The position numbers and the translations under genes are program-made. The notes beneath the pieces are model-generated. The model was not told the DNA's origin. It saw only the letters and a list, made by a program, of their open reading frames with translations, and made no database searches. Shown in pieces: positions 41,400 through 53,075 of a stretch of DNA of 64,000 nucleotides. This DNA comes from Sphaerodactylus townsendi (taxonomy: Eukaryota), in assembly GCF_021028975.2 (NCBI RefSeq), contig NC_059435.1, positions 24,986,001 to 25,050,000 of the forward strand. The letters run 5' to 3'. The stretch's first letter is position 1; the number at the start of each line of letters is the position of its first letter.

Positions 41400-43385
41400 C
41401 CAGCTCTTGAATAGATACTCAGCCAGCCAGGCTCCTCTGGACGGCTCTGCCCCTCCCTCGCCTCTGTGTGCATCATCCTGGGGGGGGGTTGTATGGACGG
41501 CCACGTGGAGGATCTGGCTGCTTCTTCCTGCTGGTGTGCTTCTTCTTCAGCTTGTGTGGGATTGAGCGAATCTGCTCATTGGGGAGATCTGGAGCTATGT
41601 GGCTACTGGCTCTCACATTGTGGCTGTGCAGGTGCACCACACATGCCGCTTATAATTGAGGTGGCATTCTCGGGTCTGACCCACAGAGGGTTGAGAGAAT
41701 GCATCTCCACCGTGCCTCTTCAGGCCAAAATGCACGCCTCCACCCACGCTTCTTTGCATGGGACAGGATGTGAGTTGGAAGTTTCGCTGTTGCCATGCTG
41801 GCACAAGCGAAACCACGGCAGGTGTGAGCAGCCACTATGGCGCCAGGTGGGCTATAGAAAGCACCATCCCCAATACCACAGGGGGGGTATGGACAATAAT
41901 TCATTGATTGTCAGCATGGGCCTCTGCAGGCAAGTAGATGCCCATGTCCATGGCTTCTGACAGAAGTGCGTTTCAATGAAACACAAATGCACTCATTGTT
42001 AAGCACCAGAGTAGCTTGCCTCAGTTTTTCATTGGATAAAACATTCTCGCGTCAGCTGCTACAGAAGCTGCTGTGCAGGAGTTTGGAGGAAACGCGTTTT
42101 TCGATTAATGTGCTGACCCGGGTGCTCCACCCGGGTGACAGATCCGATGTGACACTCCATCCACAGCCCCAATGCAGTGTGTGGAAAGCCAAGGGCGGCA
42201 AAACCAGCCATCACCCTGTAGGGGAAACAGACATTGGTACATAGGTTGGGGAGGTTGGCCAGTACAGGGAGGGGTGATCTGCAGCTGCTGTGTAGTTGCA
42301 TTGACATAAGCATGGGAACACACACACCCTCTGGGTCCCCTTGCCACTGCCGGCACCTTCACCTGGTCCATCGGCCTCAAGCATCGCATCTCAGTCACCT
42401 TTGGGTATAGTAATTTCCGGCACTTCTACAGCTATGGCAAACTCCAGGACACTGTTTGCCACAGTGGCCAGTCCCACTCCAAACTGTTGGCCCACTTCAC
42501 GAAGTAGCTGTTGGCACTTCTGCTAGGTACCCATACAAGGCCATGGCTACTGCTTTTAGCATGGGAAATGGCATGGACGAGCATTTGTGTCTTGTCGTTT
42601 CCAAGTGTGGACGCAGGGCTTCTAAGCGAGGTAAATGGTTGCTGCCTTTGGCCATCCTGAAAGTTTCCTGCAGCCACTCCCTCATCTGTCCTTCAGACTG
42701 TCATTAGAAGCTACATCCCACCAGGTGTGGCTCTGGGGACCTATCCAATGGCGGGGTGTTGGGAGTACTCATGTAGCAAAACCAGCCAGCGAATATTGTG
42801 CTTCTACGTACGTCAATGGTAAGCGCCAGTGGTGTCAGATTTGAGTCACTAGCTCCTTCTCGGCAGGATCGACGGGTGTAGCCTCCCTCAGCCAGCCAGT
42901 CAGATCAGCTGCCCTCTGCGTCATGAAGGTGTTCGTGGGTGAGGTATGGCGGGCACCTGCTCCTGCTCATCGTGGTAGTACTTTCCTGCCGTGACACCAC
43001 CTCTCCTAGATCCATGTCTCACTATGCAGACAGCAGCTAGCTGCACGGTTCCCTGGTTCCACTCTGGAAACGGAATGGAGACTGGGGAGGGAGGGGGGCT
43101 TGTAATCACATGATTGGGGACCTGGACCAGCCCTGCAGAATAGCTGCTCTCAGCCAATCAGGCTCTGCTTGATGTTCAGACGCCAGTCTGCCACAACTTT
43201 GTGAGGTGTGTAGCCCGGACATTGTGGGCGGGCAAAACATGCAGCATCCGCGAGCGCTTTTGTTCTCCTGATGGCAGCAGCGTTAAACTGTCAGGGATTG
43301 CTACGGTGACTCTCATAATGATAATGACTGGATTTGCTAAGGTTTGCCCTTCTGTGGGCCACAATTCCCGTATGGACTGCAACAC
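41400..43385 (-). pseudogene. Harbinger (HARBI1-like) DDE transposase, heavily frameshifted
   Basis: Ordered motifs across frameshifts: RHWIGPQSHTWWD; WLQETFRM..EALRPHL; AVAMALY.YLA; EVGQQFGVGLATVANSVLEFAIAV; GFAALGFPHCIGAVDG (D at ~42160); HINRK; IGDGA (~41866); LSHA..VE.AF..ARWRC; ACVV.H.N; EGRAV..LA.YLF. The 5' boundary is approximate. Confidence 0.92.
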
Positions 43386-44149
43386 ATGTACTCACCATCC
43401 CCTACAGTGTCAAATGGGATTTCAGATAAGATAGGGACTGCACCTTTGAGGGTATCCATTACTGGGGAGTCCATGACACAAACCTAATCAAATTGGTGCA
43501 GCTCCCCTTAGTGAGAGTATTCTGCATATACCATCTTCCAGGGTTGTAATTCCAGCTGACCAATTGCACCTCTGACAGCAGGTACAACTCTGAAAATCTC
43601 CATGTTCATGTATTACATCCAGTCATGGATGTAATGTGAGGATTTCAGTTCCTCAGCTTAGCAGAAGAAGAGATAGGATTCACCCTCCCTCTCCCACAGA
43701 GGATCCAAACAGACTGGCAATCTCCTAGTCCTGCTTCTGTCCCACCCCTGGGTGAGGGTGGGAGGCAGTGATGAGAGACCTGGAGATAATCTGTATAGCC
43801 TGGTCACACCATTGCTACCCCTGTGTGGGTGTGGACAGGCTGAGCTGATTTCCCCACATACACATGTGCAGTGCAGTCACGTTGTCTGGGAGCAGAAACA
43901 TGTTTCTAAGCATTGTAATGCCCCTGCTCTGAAACACTGCATCACTTTGGCAGCGTTCCCTTTGCTTTCCCGCCACCCCCCATTCCCCTGTAAGTGCAGT
44001 GCAACTGCACCTCAGAGGAGGGGCTGAGGGTCTGTTTTCTCAACGCTGCCCACCCACAGCCAGATGAAGGAGGGATGTTTGGGTCCCATCCCTGAGCCTT
44101 CACCCCGCAGCTGAAGTGCTGAGCTGACCAATCCACCATGCACATGGGC

Positions 44150-44600
44150 ATCCAATCACCTTTCCCTTCCTCCCCCCTGCCACAACAAACACCCCTGTGA
44201 GGTGGGAGGGGCCATAGAGAGCCCGAGGAACTATGCACCAGTCTGTTGGGATACCCAGCTGGGTGTGCCCTGGAGTGCAACTGGCTACTGTGAACCATCC
44301 AGACAAGTATGTACAGCTCTTGTCAGCATAGCACTAAAACCACTGAAGCTGTCACTGTGGCAGTGATGATCAGGGTGGGGATGAGCTTACATCCCCTGCA
44401 AATAACACCATGTCCATGTTGTGCTGTCTAGAGCAATGGGATTGTCCCTTCCTGGTGGCGTTACTGTAGGAGTTGGGACTGTCCAGGTAATATAATACTG
44501 CCAAAGTTGATGCCTGAGGTGGACCTGAGCAACAGCATCAGCTGTCAGGGAGAGGGGCAGGGGCAGGGCAGAGCAGGGCAGGGCAGGGCAGGCATTCTGC
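44150..44600. repeat. Internal SINE+flank module, copy B
   Basis: Reversed SINE body, then cagggtgggg..ggagttgggactgtccag..ggtggacctgagcaacagc..(gggca)n; direct repeat of 48900-49380. Confidence 0.7.
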
Positions 44601-44789
44601 CTCTCCTTTGCCTGTAAGACAGATGCCTGGCTGAAGGAGTGGTGCCAGGGTAGAACTGTGAAGAGCATGTAGCCACACCATTTGAAAGCTGTCAGACAGC
44701 CCCCCCCCTTCAGGGTGTTTCTGGCAGAATCTTCGCGCCATGGACAATGCACCTTTCAGATCCTCCTGCTCATGCAGATAGTGGCTGCC

Positions 44790-45375
44790 TCCATACGCCA
44801 GCTCCTAAAAAAAAAAACATCACTCTGCTGGCAGGGGAGTGGAGACTGCCCTGCCCTGCCCTGCTCCCTCCCCCCCCCTGGTAGCAGCTGTGTTGCTGCA
44901 GGCCACCCCTCAAACAGCATTTTCTCACTGACAATGGTGTGTCAACTGGTAGAGTCTGAACCTCCACTCAAGGCCACCTGTAGGGAAAAAATCCCATGTC
45001 CCCAGGTAGCAACATGTGGGATTGATGCTGCTCTAGGAATGTGTTACATTCCCACCCTGACATACAGCATCAATGGTAAAGTGGGATAAGTTGTGCTGCA
45101 GAAAGCATGGGTATCTCCGAAACGTGGAGGAACAGGTGTCTGTTCCCTGCTAACTTGATGGAGCTGCACATGTATCTGGGACATGCAGCTTCTGCTGAGC
45201 AATCCCACGCATGCCAGCTGGGTGACCTTGGCCCATACACGTTTCCCTCTCTGCTCCCTTCAGTAACCACCTTCCCTCACAGGGGTCTGTTGTGAGGGGG
45301 GAAGGGCAATATCAGCCCCCGAGCCTCCCCTGCAGGACATGAAACTATGTTCATACATAACCAATTCTTCTTCTT
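44790..45375. repeat. Internal SINE+flank module, copy C (inverted)
   Basis: The reverse complement aligns by eye along its length with 48848-49420 (gttagcagggaacaga, gggtggcctgcagcaaca, ttttaggagctggc). Confidence 0.85.
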
Positions 45376-48300
45376 ATATGGGCTAGATTGTACTGCTACA
45401 CTGCCTATTGCTGTAAGATTTCCAGATCTAGGGTAGGCATGTTCTGGGATGTGGAATGTTGTTCCAGGAACAACATACAAAACAAACCAATGCTTGCCCA
45501 TCATGGGGAGGTCTACTGCCCATGGGGTGGCAAAACCATGTTTGGCTGATACGCACTGGGTGTGGCTGCTGGGAGGGTGCGTTATGCCAGCCACACGAAA
45601 TTCGCCAAATGCAGGCCTTTGGGCTGGCCTGTCTGCCTAGGGACGGCACTGCCGTCTCCCCCCCACAACGTGAAATGGATGTGGGATTATGTGATTGAGC
45701 AGTGAGGCTGGTGTGGGTGGGACACAAAGTTAGGGGATACCTGTGACTGCTTCTAAAAATTTTTGTATTCTGCAAAACATTGAAACACTGAACACCCCCT
45801 GCAAGCCCTCCCAGACCCTCCCCCCCTGGCCCAGCCATGCAAACCCCCCAGAACTCCTGCAACCCCAACAAGCCCCAGACTCTCCTTGCAGGCCCACAAA
45901 CTTAACTCCCCACTAAGAACTCCCAGTAACTCCCAGCAAGTTTCAGAGACCCTCCCCCAGGCCTGGCCAGTCTAACTCCCACCAAGAACTCCCCCCCAAC
46001 TCCCAGCAAGCCGCTAGGACCCTCCCCCCGAAGTCCACCTTAAAACTTCCCCAAGCAATGCTCCCCCAACAAGGCACTGCTCAATACAATTGTCAGCCAG
46101 CCCAACACTCCTGGCTATCACGCACTGCCGCTTCACCAACCCCACGAGTCCACAGTTGCCGTGAGGCTAGCTGTCAGGGTGGGTCCTCCGAAAGCTGGAG
46201 GGCAGACCGGGTTGTGTGGGGCAGGGCTGACCCCACCTTCAGGGTGTGCTTCTGGGGTAACCTGGCGCTGATGAGAGAGGGACTGGCAGCCAAGGTGCTG
46301 GCTGCCTGGTCTGACAGCACTGCGCTGTGGGAAGTGGGCTGAGGAGGGGTGCCAGGTGTTGGCGGTAATCGGCATGCCACCAGGCGCTGCAGCCAAGTGC
46401 ACACAAAGGTAGTTGCCGGGTGTCCTTCTGCCCCGTCGCCACCAAGTGCAGACAGTCAGCCGGGCCCATGATGAAAAGTCAGCCGGCTTCCATGCAGCCC
46501 TGCGGTGAGAAGAGAGCAGGAACATTAGCAGTCACGCCAAGCGCCACTGATGCCTGCCAGCAGCTGCTGACTATGATCATTCCCACCACCCCATGTGGCT
46601 GACCTTGTTTGACCACCCACAAAGCAGGCTGGTGGTGCACTTCACAAGTGGGGAGCACACCACTTCCACTCCTACACCCAGGTGGCAGAATTCTAGCCCA
46701 AAATTGGTGCATGCAGCTTGTCTGTTCCTGTACTTGCATTGTGGGTCTGGTAGGCTGAACACCTGCCAGCTGCATCCTTGCAGGCCCCATACCTGCAGGC
46801 TGCAGGGCAGCTAAAGGCTGACCGGCTGTACCCGGCTGGGCCCATGCTATGGGCCTCCCTGCCAGGCCAGACCAAGGAGCAGGTGTAGTATGGATTCCCG
46901 GAGCTTCCGGCACGAGCCAACCCTGCCAGGCTGACCGGTAGGCTGACTCCAGGGAAGGCAATCTACCGGGCTCACAGCTGGACTGGTCTAGTCTGGCAGC
47001 TCTTCCCCCAAGCTCATCTGCCTGGCCTAGTGGGGCAGGTGCCGCCCAGCCTTATGGCTGGGGCAAATGGTAACACAGGCCAATATACACAGTGTTCCTC
47101 TGTAATGTTTGATGCCAGAAATTTCTTATGAAGCTCCAAGTGTTTTTTCCTGCATATGGTCCCTAAATGACTATTTGGCCTATCAAGGTTTCCCAACGTG
47201 AGATCTTGTAATTCTACACATCTGGCTCAAGCAGGAGTACTTTGAGGAGATGGCAGCTGTGGCAATGCTGCCAGTCCAGAATTATCCTGGGGATCAGAAA
47301 GCAGACTCCATGCAAATCCAGCACCCCAAAGCAGAAATGGTGCAGGGGGGCCCACTGGTCCACCCCACAGCCCGTACAATCTGGCCAAAGGTGTGCATGT
47401 GCAGCTGTGGGTCACCGCCCAGTGCTGTGCACTGCCACACACAAATCCACAGCAACCCATCACTCGACTTCCACATGCACGCTTGCCTACCAGCATCCTG
47501 GCATGGGTATTGATGGCCTGGGAGGCTGCCCTGCTGCAGCCTCCCATGGAGGGAAGCGGAGGAGCTGTGGCGGCTGCGCAGGGGCTCCACTCCGCTTCTG
47601 CCGGGCGCTGACGTGGGCTTGAATCGGACGAAGTCCCTCCAGGTCCCTGCCAGTCAGCTTCGTCCGTGGGCTCCCTCGGCGGCGCTGAAGGGCTGCCACG
47701 AAAGTCACGCATGGTAATAACAAAACCAACACCCAGCCTCCGGCGAGACCCCAACGTAGACATGGCTGGCCACATCTCATGTGCTACCTGCCCAGCCAGC
47801 GAAGTGGGCAATATCGCTGCGATCACCTTCTGCGCCGACATCGGTCCACCCCAACCCGGGCTCCCAGCCTACGCTGGGCGACATGGCAGCTGGCGATGGG
47901 CTAAACGCGGGGGCAGTCAGAGCCACGCAGGGTGGCTCTCCACCTTCCAAGCGGTGGCAGTGAAGAAGTCCCTCTTGAGGCTCTTTCCCCACTTGGTGCA
48001 GGCCTGCACCCCAGCGCGGTGGGAAGCCTGCAACCTTGGGAGTGTCTCCTTGCCACCGCTAGCTGGAACCGCTGTCCACATTGGGTAGTCCCGCTGGCTA
48101 AGGTGAGAGGGAGGCAGGGCGTGTCTGGCTGCTGTCCCCTGATTAAAAGCGGGAGGAGGGGATGGTGACCTCCTCCCGCCTGCCAGTAGACTCCCACCGC
48201 CTGGGTGCAATCATGGCCTACACGGGAAATGGCTGGGAAAAGCGAAGGGACCTCTCTATAAAAGTGCAGATCTGGCCCCTGTAGCACTGGGTCGATTTGA

Positions 48301-48847
48301 AGCCAACGGATCGCCCAAGGGCGACGCATGCTCTCAGAGGGGAACCCCTTTTGAAATCACTCCGCCATGCGGGGACGCTGTGGGTCGCGAGCTCCCATGG
48401 TAACCGCCATTGGCAAGACCATGAGGCGAGACAGGTCTTCTCGGCTTGTACGCACCCCTGTTTCCCAAAAATAGTGACACACACACACCACTATAAGCAG
48501 TTTGCAGAAACTTTCCTTTGCACTTAGTACAGCCAAGGGTGTGGACGCCCCACAGATTAATGCAGCACCAGGCCCCACTCTCATACTCGCATTCTGAGCA
48601 GCAGCCAGAGATCAGGCTGCCCCCCCAATGCTTCGGGTCAGGGGATGGCAGCAACTCCCACCCTTCCAGCACTGTGGGGCCAGCTCCTTGAACAGGACCC
48701 AGCTAGGCATTCTCTGACAGCTTCCAAGCACCCTCTCAGCCTGTGGTGGGTGTCAAGCTGGGGTTCCACAGATGCCCATGTGGTGGCACAGCTGCATCTT
48801 CCTGATGCTGCCCTGCTTCTTCAGTATAGCAGTATGACCTATCAATG

Positions 48848-49420
48848 GAAGAAGAAGAGTATGGATTTAAATCCCCCCTTTCTCTCCTGCAGGAGACTCA
48901 AAGGGGCTTACAATCTCCTTGCCCTTCCCCCCTTACAACAAACCTCCTGTGAGGAAGGTGGTGCTGAGAGACCACAGAGAGGCTGTGTATGGCCCAAGGT
49001 CACCCAGCTGGCATGTGTGGGAGTGCTCAGCTGAAGCTGCATTTCACAGATACGCATGTCCAGCTCAGTCATGTTAGCAGGGAACAGAAACCTGTTGCTC
49101 AGTTTTGGAATGGCCATGCTCTCAAACACACAATCAATTTGCCACTGATGCTGTTGCAGGGTGGGGTGAAATGCATCCCTAGGCAGCAGCAATGTTCATT
49201 TTTTCCTCCATGGGGACATGGAATTATGACTGTCAGGTGGTCTTAGTGGAGGAGTTTGGACTCTCCAGTTGGACAATAATGGGCCACCTGTCAGATATGC
49301 TATTTGATATAGGGTGGCCTGCAGCAACAACAGCAGCCGCCAGGTGGGCAGGGCAGGGCAGGGCAGGGCAGGGGAGTTCACCCTTCCCGCCAGCAGCAGT
49401 GCGATGTTTTTAGGAGCTGG
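48848..49420. repeat. Internal SINE+flank module, copy D
   Basis: Reversed SINE from gaagaagaagag at 48848, followed by the shared flank ending ttttaggagctggc. Confidence 0.85.
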
Positions 49421-51029
49421 CCCAGGGTTGTTTCAGCCACGGATGGTCACACCTTTACTAGAAGCTTTGAGAAAGTTTGCACCCCCCTCTAAAAGTGTGT
49501 CTCCACATTTTCACTGGAATGGGCAAGCACCTTCCCAAGATCCATGGTGGCTGCATACAGATGGTGGCTGGGCCAAGGCTACATAGCCGGGTGTCACAGG
49601 TGACATGAACTGGGACTCTGACAGTAGCTGGGAGGGGAGCCGATGACAAATGGGGGTGGCTAAAACTTCAGGGTAGTCACTTTGGCCAATCGCTGCTGCG
49701 CTGGCTGATCGCCGCCTTTGCTTCGCCAGCCTGTATGTTTCCGCGAGTCACGTTAACGAGCGTAGCGTAGCGAAAGACGCCGCTTACGCCAGAGCAACCT
49801 ACGGCGAATCGATTATCTATGGCAATGCGACGCGTAAGAAATTCCGCTACTTCGTCTGTGCGTAACGCTTTTCTCAGAGCGCGTCGGCAATTCGCGCACG
49901 GCCATCGCTAAGCCGCTCGCGCGTGGAACGGCGGAAACGGCCTAGGAAAGGAGACCAGCCAATGCCTGCATCATCCCAGCTGCCCTCTCCTGTTCTGCTA
50001 GTGCATAGGCTGTTGCTTCTCACCAGCTTTTTGATTCTCTGCTAGCTTACTCACTGGTCTTTTGTCTTCCTCCTTTGCTCAAGGAGGAGTGGATTAAATA
50101 CATTGCTGGTCAGTGGTGTTCCATTCCTTCAAGGTCATCTTTGTAAGCATCTAGCTAGGTTGGTAAAATTGCTAACCTACCAGGAGGTTGTGAACAGTTC
50201 AAATTCAAACTTTGCAAAATCACAATGGAATATGCCTAGCTAAGTGGACTGCAGTTGCTACTTGTGGATAGAGTAAAATATTCTGATTGTTCGGAGTAAT
50301 GCTATAATATTTTGGAAACTTTTCTGTGATAGTTGTATAGCCAGCAGTAAGAACAGAAATTGGTGCCAATAGTATAGTGAAACAAATGAGCTAGTACAAA
50401 AAAATTGTACTTATCTAAATGTAAGTCATTTGGAAGGCACTGAAAACTTAATTTGCCAAAGTAGTATTCATGCAAGACATGCTGAAGTCAACCTGAACAC
50501 CTTGAATGGGCCACTTTCTATACAGAAGTCAAGAAAGGCAAGAATGTTAGAATACATGAAAAGTATACCAGTAGAAGCTCAGTTCAAATGTCACCACATA
50601 GTTACTTTCCCTTGAAGATCTGGTTTTGATTATGTGGATGTTTACCACACCATTATCAGTGACCTTGATAGTGATGGGATCTTGTTATCGTACATGCCTA
50701 AACCAATTATGAAAAGGTAGAATATAACACTGTCTTAATTTAAACATACAGGTTTGGATCCAGAAATCTTTGCTGCAGGCAAAAAAAGAAAGGAGAGGGT
50801 CTTGTTTGACCACCCAAAAAGTGTATTCTGAAAATCACAAGGCCTACATCTACAAAAACCAAACGTGGTAAGGCTGTAGTAGGCAGGAAAACAGGATGAA
50901 ATTAAATTTAAAAATCTGACTGAATTCAGGCCATGTAGTGTTTCAAGATCATTATATCCATATTTATAGATTGAGTCTTTATATGCATTATAGTTACTTT
51001 TGGGTAACCACTGATACTTTTCCTCTGTT

Positions 51030-51841
51030 GTGACATTTTGTGGATGCAGTTAGGAAAAAAAGCATTTGGATTGGGAAAAAGTGCCTGGATTGTGGACCAT
51101 TAAATAGATTAAATACTGTTTGGGTGGGGAGGGGGATTATAAGTAGGGAGTGTGTTTAGCTGCATATGCGGAACTGGAAAAAGCAAGAAAAAGCTGGATA
51201 AAGTTGAAAGTCAACTTTCTGGCCTGGATTTCTTTCAGAATGCCTGGATTTCTTCCTTTCATGCCCACAAAAGAGCATAAAGGGAAGTCTGGTGCCATCA
51301 GAGCCCATTCCAGACAGAACTTTGTGAGAGATCAGTGCAAAGCTTGGCCTTAATTGGTGCTCCTCCCTTTCAGTTTCTGGTCCTTTGACTGCTGCAACCC
51401 TTGGATTACTGCTGCCTGCCTGCTATCTGGACAAGAAGACGTTGAATGGTTTTAAATTGTCATGACCCTCTCTATGTTAGCTCAGCTCCTGCCATCCTTC
51501 TTGTTATTGGGGCCTCCTTGGACTTTTGTCCTGGGAACATGGAAAAAAGAATTCCCAAGCAAGTATGTTATCTGCTTTTGGAATGTCTATGTCTGTGTGA
51601 CCTTCCTCTGCCCTCTTTCCATTTGGCCTCCCTCCTTTCTGGGAAGTGTGTGTGTGTGTGCGTGTGTGTAGTGTCTGCGGGGAGAGGATCAAATATATTT
51701 CTGCTGGGAATTTATAATCTTTTGTTTGTAGGAGTCTGACCAGTTCAGACAATAGAGCTATTCCCATGTTTGTTATCAATAAAACAAGAATTCTACTCTT
51801 AAAGTACTGATTCCTGTCTGAGCAAGTCTGGGACTGTGACA
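51030..51841 (+). mobile_element. Possible solo LTR
   Basis: tgtgaca...tgtgaca ends (TG..CA), a TATA-like cataaa at ~51276 and aataaa at 51778 near the end. No TSD found. Confidence 0.3.
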
Positions 51842-52934
51842 GAAACAACTAGTTTATTTTCTAAATTATTTGGTTTTTGTAAAGTGTGCCTGTAGAACAT
51901 TTTTTTCCTTTGGCCTGCATGGGTGGAGCCTCTGGGCCAATGGAGGCCTAAAGGCCCTTCAGTTGCCTTGAGTTCAGTTTGGTTTCCATGTTTGTTTCAA
52001 GTTGATTAAAGGGTTTGTTTGTTTGGCTTATGTGAGAGCAGATCTACTGGTGTTTTTTTAATTCAGAGCTGGTTTTCTTGGGTGTTGTTTGTGGGAGAGG
52101 GGTGTTCCTTCACCCCTTCTTTCTTCTTTCTTGAAAACACTTGTCTTTTGATGTGGGACAAGGGCAAGGCAGGCCAGAAATCCTTCTGAGGCCTGAAGGA
52201 CTGATTGGTTGTATTCTCTTTTTTGTGAGGTTCTTCCTGTGACTTGGCAGCTTAGTTGGTTAGTTGCAGACTCTTCTGTTTGCCCTATAACTTGATTTCT
52301 TATCCTCTATCCCTATCCCCCCAGTGTGATTGCACCAAGCAGTGTGACAACTGGCCAACTCACTTTGCTTGCTGAGTGTTTTGTTCTTGAAAACTTGTAA
52401 AACTGTTAGATTGTAGTGGAAAAAAAACCCCTGAGTTTTAAGAATTATCATTTTTAGAATTGTTGTTAGATTGAGGTTCAGTTACAGAGAAATTACTGGA
52501 TTTGGCTAGATTTTGCATGTTGTCCTTTGTGCAGGACACATGTGTTAACTATCCCATGTATCTTAATAAAGCTGAAAAAACAGGGCTGTCTAATAACTGT
52601 GTGATTCTTTTCCAAATGAGTCTCCTCCCTCACTGCAAGGTTTAGAAGATACGCTGAAATGTTTCCAAGTGATTTGGAAGAGAATGTTGTTGGTCCACAG
52701 TGGCATACCAAAATGTCTGAGCCAAGGGCAGACCAAAAGGCCAAGTGCTTCTTTGGGTGAACATCTCATCTATTGACAGCTCTTGTCAACATTTCTTCAA
52801 AGACCAGACCACGCTGGTCTGCTGGGTGGTCTTGCTCTAGTTCCCAGGGCAACAATATCTTTTTCTCCCCAGAAAGACCACTCCCACCATCAGCACTGAG
52901 TATCTGAATAAGTTTAATCAACTTTACTAACAAA

Positions 52935-53075
52935 GGCTCATTCCGCACATGCAGAATAATGCACTTTCAAACTGCTTTCAGTGCTCTTTGAAGCTGTGCG
53001 GAATAGCAAAATCCACTTGCAAACAGTTGTGAAAGTCGCTTGAAAATGCATTATTTTGCGTGTGCGGAAGGAACC
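52935..53075. mobile_element. Harbinger-type MITE
   Basis: TIR ggctcattccgcac / gtgcggaaggaacc, 3-bp TSD aaa; homologous to 33054-33204. Confidence 0.85.

Larger units (their letters stand above)
34916..49942. mobile_element. Giant (~15.0 kb) PIF/Harbinger transposon with decayed genes
   Basis: TSD tag at 34913-34915 and 49943-49945; imperfect TIR ggccaagcttccgc vs gcggaaacggcc; sharp GC rise at both boundaries; internal Myb/SANT-like and DDE transposase pseudogenes. Confidence 0.88.

Noticed and set aside
45277-45594. LPMMGKHWFVLYVV resembles the Ulp1 protease HW motif
   Set aside because: It comes from low-complexity ttgttt sequence running into a SINE tail, and no downstream Asp or Gln/Cys motif is present.
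46058-46342. RVCFWGNL resembles the DNMT3 motif RARYFWGNLPGM
   Set aside because: No other methyltransferase motifs (FxGxG, PC, ENV) nearby, and local splice signals favour the opposite strand; treated as chance.
47690-47760. GVGFVITMRDF loosely resembles a SET-domain start
   Set aside because: No NHS or ELxxDY motif was found in the frames I read.
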